Source of the DNA: Aplysia californica
Taxonomy: Eukaryota
Direction of reading: 5' to 3'
DNA: 64,000 bases
NCBI RefSeq assembly: GCF_000002075.1
Contig: NW_004797734.1
Location: forward strand, 114,031-178,030
Shown in pieces: positions 62,501 through 64,000 of this stretch (within the stretch, counting starts at the first letter, position 1; each line of letters starts with the position of its first letter). Below the pieces are notes generated by a model. It was not told where the DNA came from. It saw only the letters and a list, made by a program, of their open reading frames with translations, and ran no database searches. Made by a program: the position numbers and the translations under genes.

Positions 62501-63390
62501 AAAAAGAAACAAAATGCCTTCTTTAACTGATTCCGTCCATGATTTTTTCAGGCTCTGGACAGAATTATTTTCCCATGTTCAGTTTTAGACCTGGGGTGCA
62601 TCTATTTAATGCATTACTGTGAAGCTCTAACTCACTCAAATAGGTATTGTCATATACCAAACTGATGGGAATAAATAGAGGAATGTGTTTATATCAATAA
62701 CAATGACATATAATCTGTTTGTACTGCATTTTCCTTCAGACAAAAACGAATGAGAAAAAAAAATTGTGCAACAGCTCTTTGAAAATTTCAACTTACCGCA
62801 TTTTCTCAGCTCTACAAGTCCTTATAATCCATAGGAATCAACACAACATTGTAGCGATATCACCCTAGCACACATTTATGCAAGAATTTCACATATTTAG
62901 TTGAATATTTTTCTTTGAAGGGCCTTTTTATTATACCAGGCCCCGTGTTGTTTACCCTTAGATCTAGCCAACAAAACAACGATTTTTGCAAGAATTTCGC
63001 GGAGTTTCGATCGATATTGGCGCTCAGAGATTGAGGTCAGGTTTGTTTACAAGTTCTACTTCCTTTCGACAACTTAAAAAGTCGGAACTATGTTAAAAAG
63101 TGAACATTTGTTTCGGATTTCGTTGAGCCGCTCACAGCGGCCGAATGGAGGCAGCGGAAAAACTCAGAGCCGCTGTCAGCGGCCGAATGGACGGAATCAG
63201 TTAATCTAGTGTTTCTGTCCTCCTTGTGCAAGTTCAGATTCTGCTCTGTATGTGTGAATAGTCATCTTTTGTTCTTTCTTGCATCGAATAACTTTTCTTG
63301 TGTAATTTTCCTTGCATCTATACAGGTCCTCAAAGGAAAAGTAGACAACCTGTCGGGAATCTTAGAAATTGGGAACTTTGAAGAGAATGT
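48020..63390 (+). CDS. RBL1: Retinoblastoma-like pocket protein (p107/p130, RBL1/RBL2 type), N-terminal domain exons 1-7; gene continues beyond the window
   Basis: Exons 48020-48157, 54764-54897, 56890-57090, 60240-60304, 60641-60766, 61427-61587 and 63326-63390, all phase-compatible GT-AG. Motifs LNMD...EAW, HWLACALY.ACR, EGNCVSLTRLLR, LERNFAVSTVIFKKFEPIF, ISDDLVNSYHLLLCC, HDGLVVEAK.IKEHWWKP. If this is an invertebrate, it is probably the single co-ortholog of RBL1 and RBL2. Confidence 0.93.
49045..50249 (+). mobile_element. Longer copy of repeat 'B' in RBL intron 1
   Basis: Shares about 500 bp with 4519-5016 and ends in the perfect hairpin CTATTCTCACC-CGG-GGTGAGAATAG followed by AGTGGCC. 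Confidence 0.7.
50461..52555. mobile_element. Sola-like non-autonomous DNA transposon (~2.1 kb) with internal ~185-bp tandem repeats
   Basis: AAAT|GAGCAATTGCCAAAACGT ... ACGTTCTGGCAATGGCTC|AAAT: GAG..CTC termini with 4-bp TSD. Degenerate tandem units at about 50970-51480. Confidence 0.7.
53337..54400. repeat. Repeat 'C' cluster including a ~195-bp inverted repeat pair
   Basis: 53888-54082 is the reverse complement of 54209-54400; both are similar to 5650-5850. Confidence 0.7.
53637..53824 (+). mobile_element. 5'-truncated family-1 SINE inserted into repeat 'C'
   Basis: 3' 190 bp of the SINE with a (CAAAA)n tail; perfect 13-bp TSD CAAAGTCGAGCAG at 53624-53636 and 53825-53837. Confidence 0.9.
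55093..55486 (+). mobile_element. MITE with 34-bp TIR and ATAT-like 4-bp TSD (Sola-like)
   Basis: GTGAGGCAGCGTGGTAGAATCAGGCGCTCGTCAA ... TTGACGAGAGCCTGATTCCACCACGCTGCCTCAC; flanks ATAT/ACAT. Confidence 0.8.
57198..57643 (+). mobile_element. Older copy of the 55093-55486 MITE family
   Basis: Shares CAGGCGCTCGTCAATTT, AAGTCGAGATATTTGCAA and a degenerate right TIR; flanked by ATAT on both sides. Confidence 0.65.
61833..62000 (+). mobile_element. LINE-like 3' end repeat sharing its tail with family-1 SINEs
   Basis: Homologous to 18818-18918 plus 19134-19190 and to 22315-22400 (-). Ends TGACC.TATTGTGTTGCAAGTGCCGTAA.AC. Confidence 0.55.
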
Positions 63391-64000
63391 GTAAGTTTTT
63401 TGTTGTTTTTTCGTCAAAGAGAATCCTCTTTTACATGTCACGATTGCCAGATTTTTAAAGTGTCTGTGTGCATGTTGCTCTGTCTTGCAAAAGCTGAATT
63501 ACACATTTGTGCTAAATAAGCCTTAACCTTTAGAGCACTGACTTATTTCCCCTTATATTTTCCCTCTATGCTGAATTTATTTTGGAAAAACGCCTAATTT
63601 GCACATACACTTTTTATTTGCTAATTACTTTTTTATTTGTCAAAATTTCTAATTTAAGGATAAAAGTTTTAGAATATTGAAAGTTCTTTATGAATATGTA
63701 ATGCAAAAAGTATTCTGTGAAGTTGTTGTTTTCGTGGTGTTGGAAATGACTGAATAAAAACTGCCGATTCATTAGATCTAGATGTGATCTAGACTAGAGT
63801 CTAGATGCTTCGTAGGCCTACGTTATATTCCACAAAGTCAACTTCACTGTCACTTGACTTCAACGTGAAACAAAAAACTGCTCGCGCCTCGATCAAACCC
63901 TGTGACAAGAAAAATGGCAGGCGAAATCAATTCTGTGTAGCCTACCAGCCAGCAGTATAAAGATTAGTACTTCACTCTTTTCGTACATCACGCTATACTA

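Noticed and set aside
62030-62520. Possible decayed LINE ORF2 on the minus strand
   Set aside because: Only faint resemblance; no motif I can support without a search.
7744-63390. A functional cluster or novel multi-gene system linking DUF1295, NUDT22, RSPH9 and RBL
   Set aside because: The functions are unrelated and nothing beyond adjacency links them; this looks like an ordinary animal gene neighbourhood.
63523-64000. piggyBac-like left end TTAA|CCTTTAGAGCACTG
   Set aside because: No right TIR or TSD within the window, so it cannot be confirmed.

Overview
Eukaryotic (animal, probably invertebrate) genomic DNA, AT-rich, with spliceosomal GT-AG introns, five assembly gaps and a dense load of small transposons. 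Hand-splicing gives four intact protein-coding genes: a DUF1295-family membrane protein (+, 5 coding exons, 316 aa), NUDT22 (-, 3 coding exons, 301 aa), RSPH9 (+, 5 exons, 276 aa, head-to-head with NUDT22) and the first 7 exons of a retinoblastoma-like p107/p130 gene (+, runs off the window end). There is also one genuine tRNA-Ala(AGC) about 1.1 kb upstream of, and divergent from, the RBL start codon. Most other entries in the ORF track are spurious (microsatellites, N-runs, repeats). Introns and intergenic DNA contain a decayed Tc1/mariner element, several pogo/Tigger-like MITEs, hAT-, piggyBac- and Sola-like elements, at least three tRNA-derived SINE families, an RTE LINE 3' end and an RNase H remnant. 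I see no convincing new multi-gene system. The most notable observations are an unclassified 648-bp TIR element with 6-bp TSDs, a hAT element whose left terminus is tandemly triplicated, a possible Helentron-like mosaic repeat, nested insertions, a SINE/LINE shared tail, and plausible E2F (RBL) and RFX/FOX (RSPH9) promoter motifs. Family assignments come from recalled motifs, not database searches.
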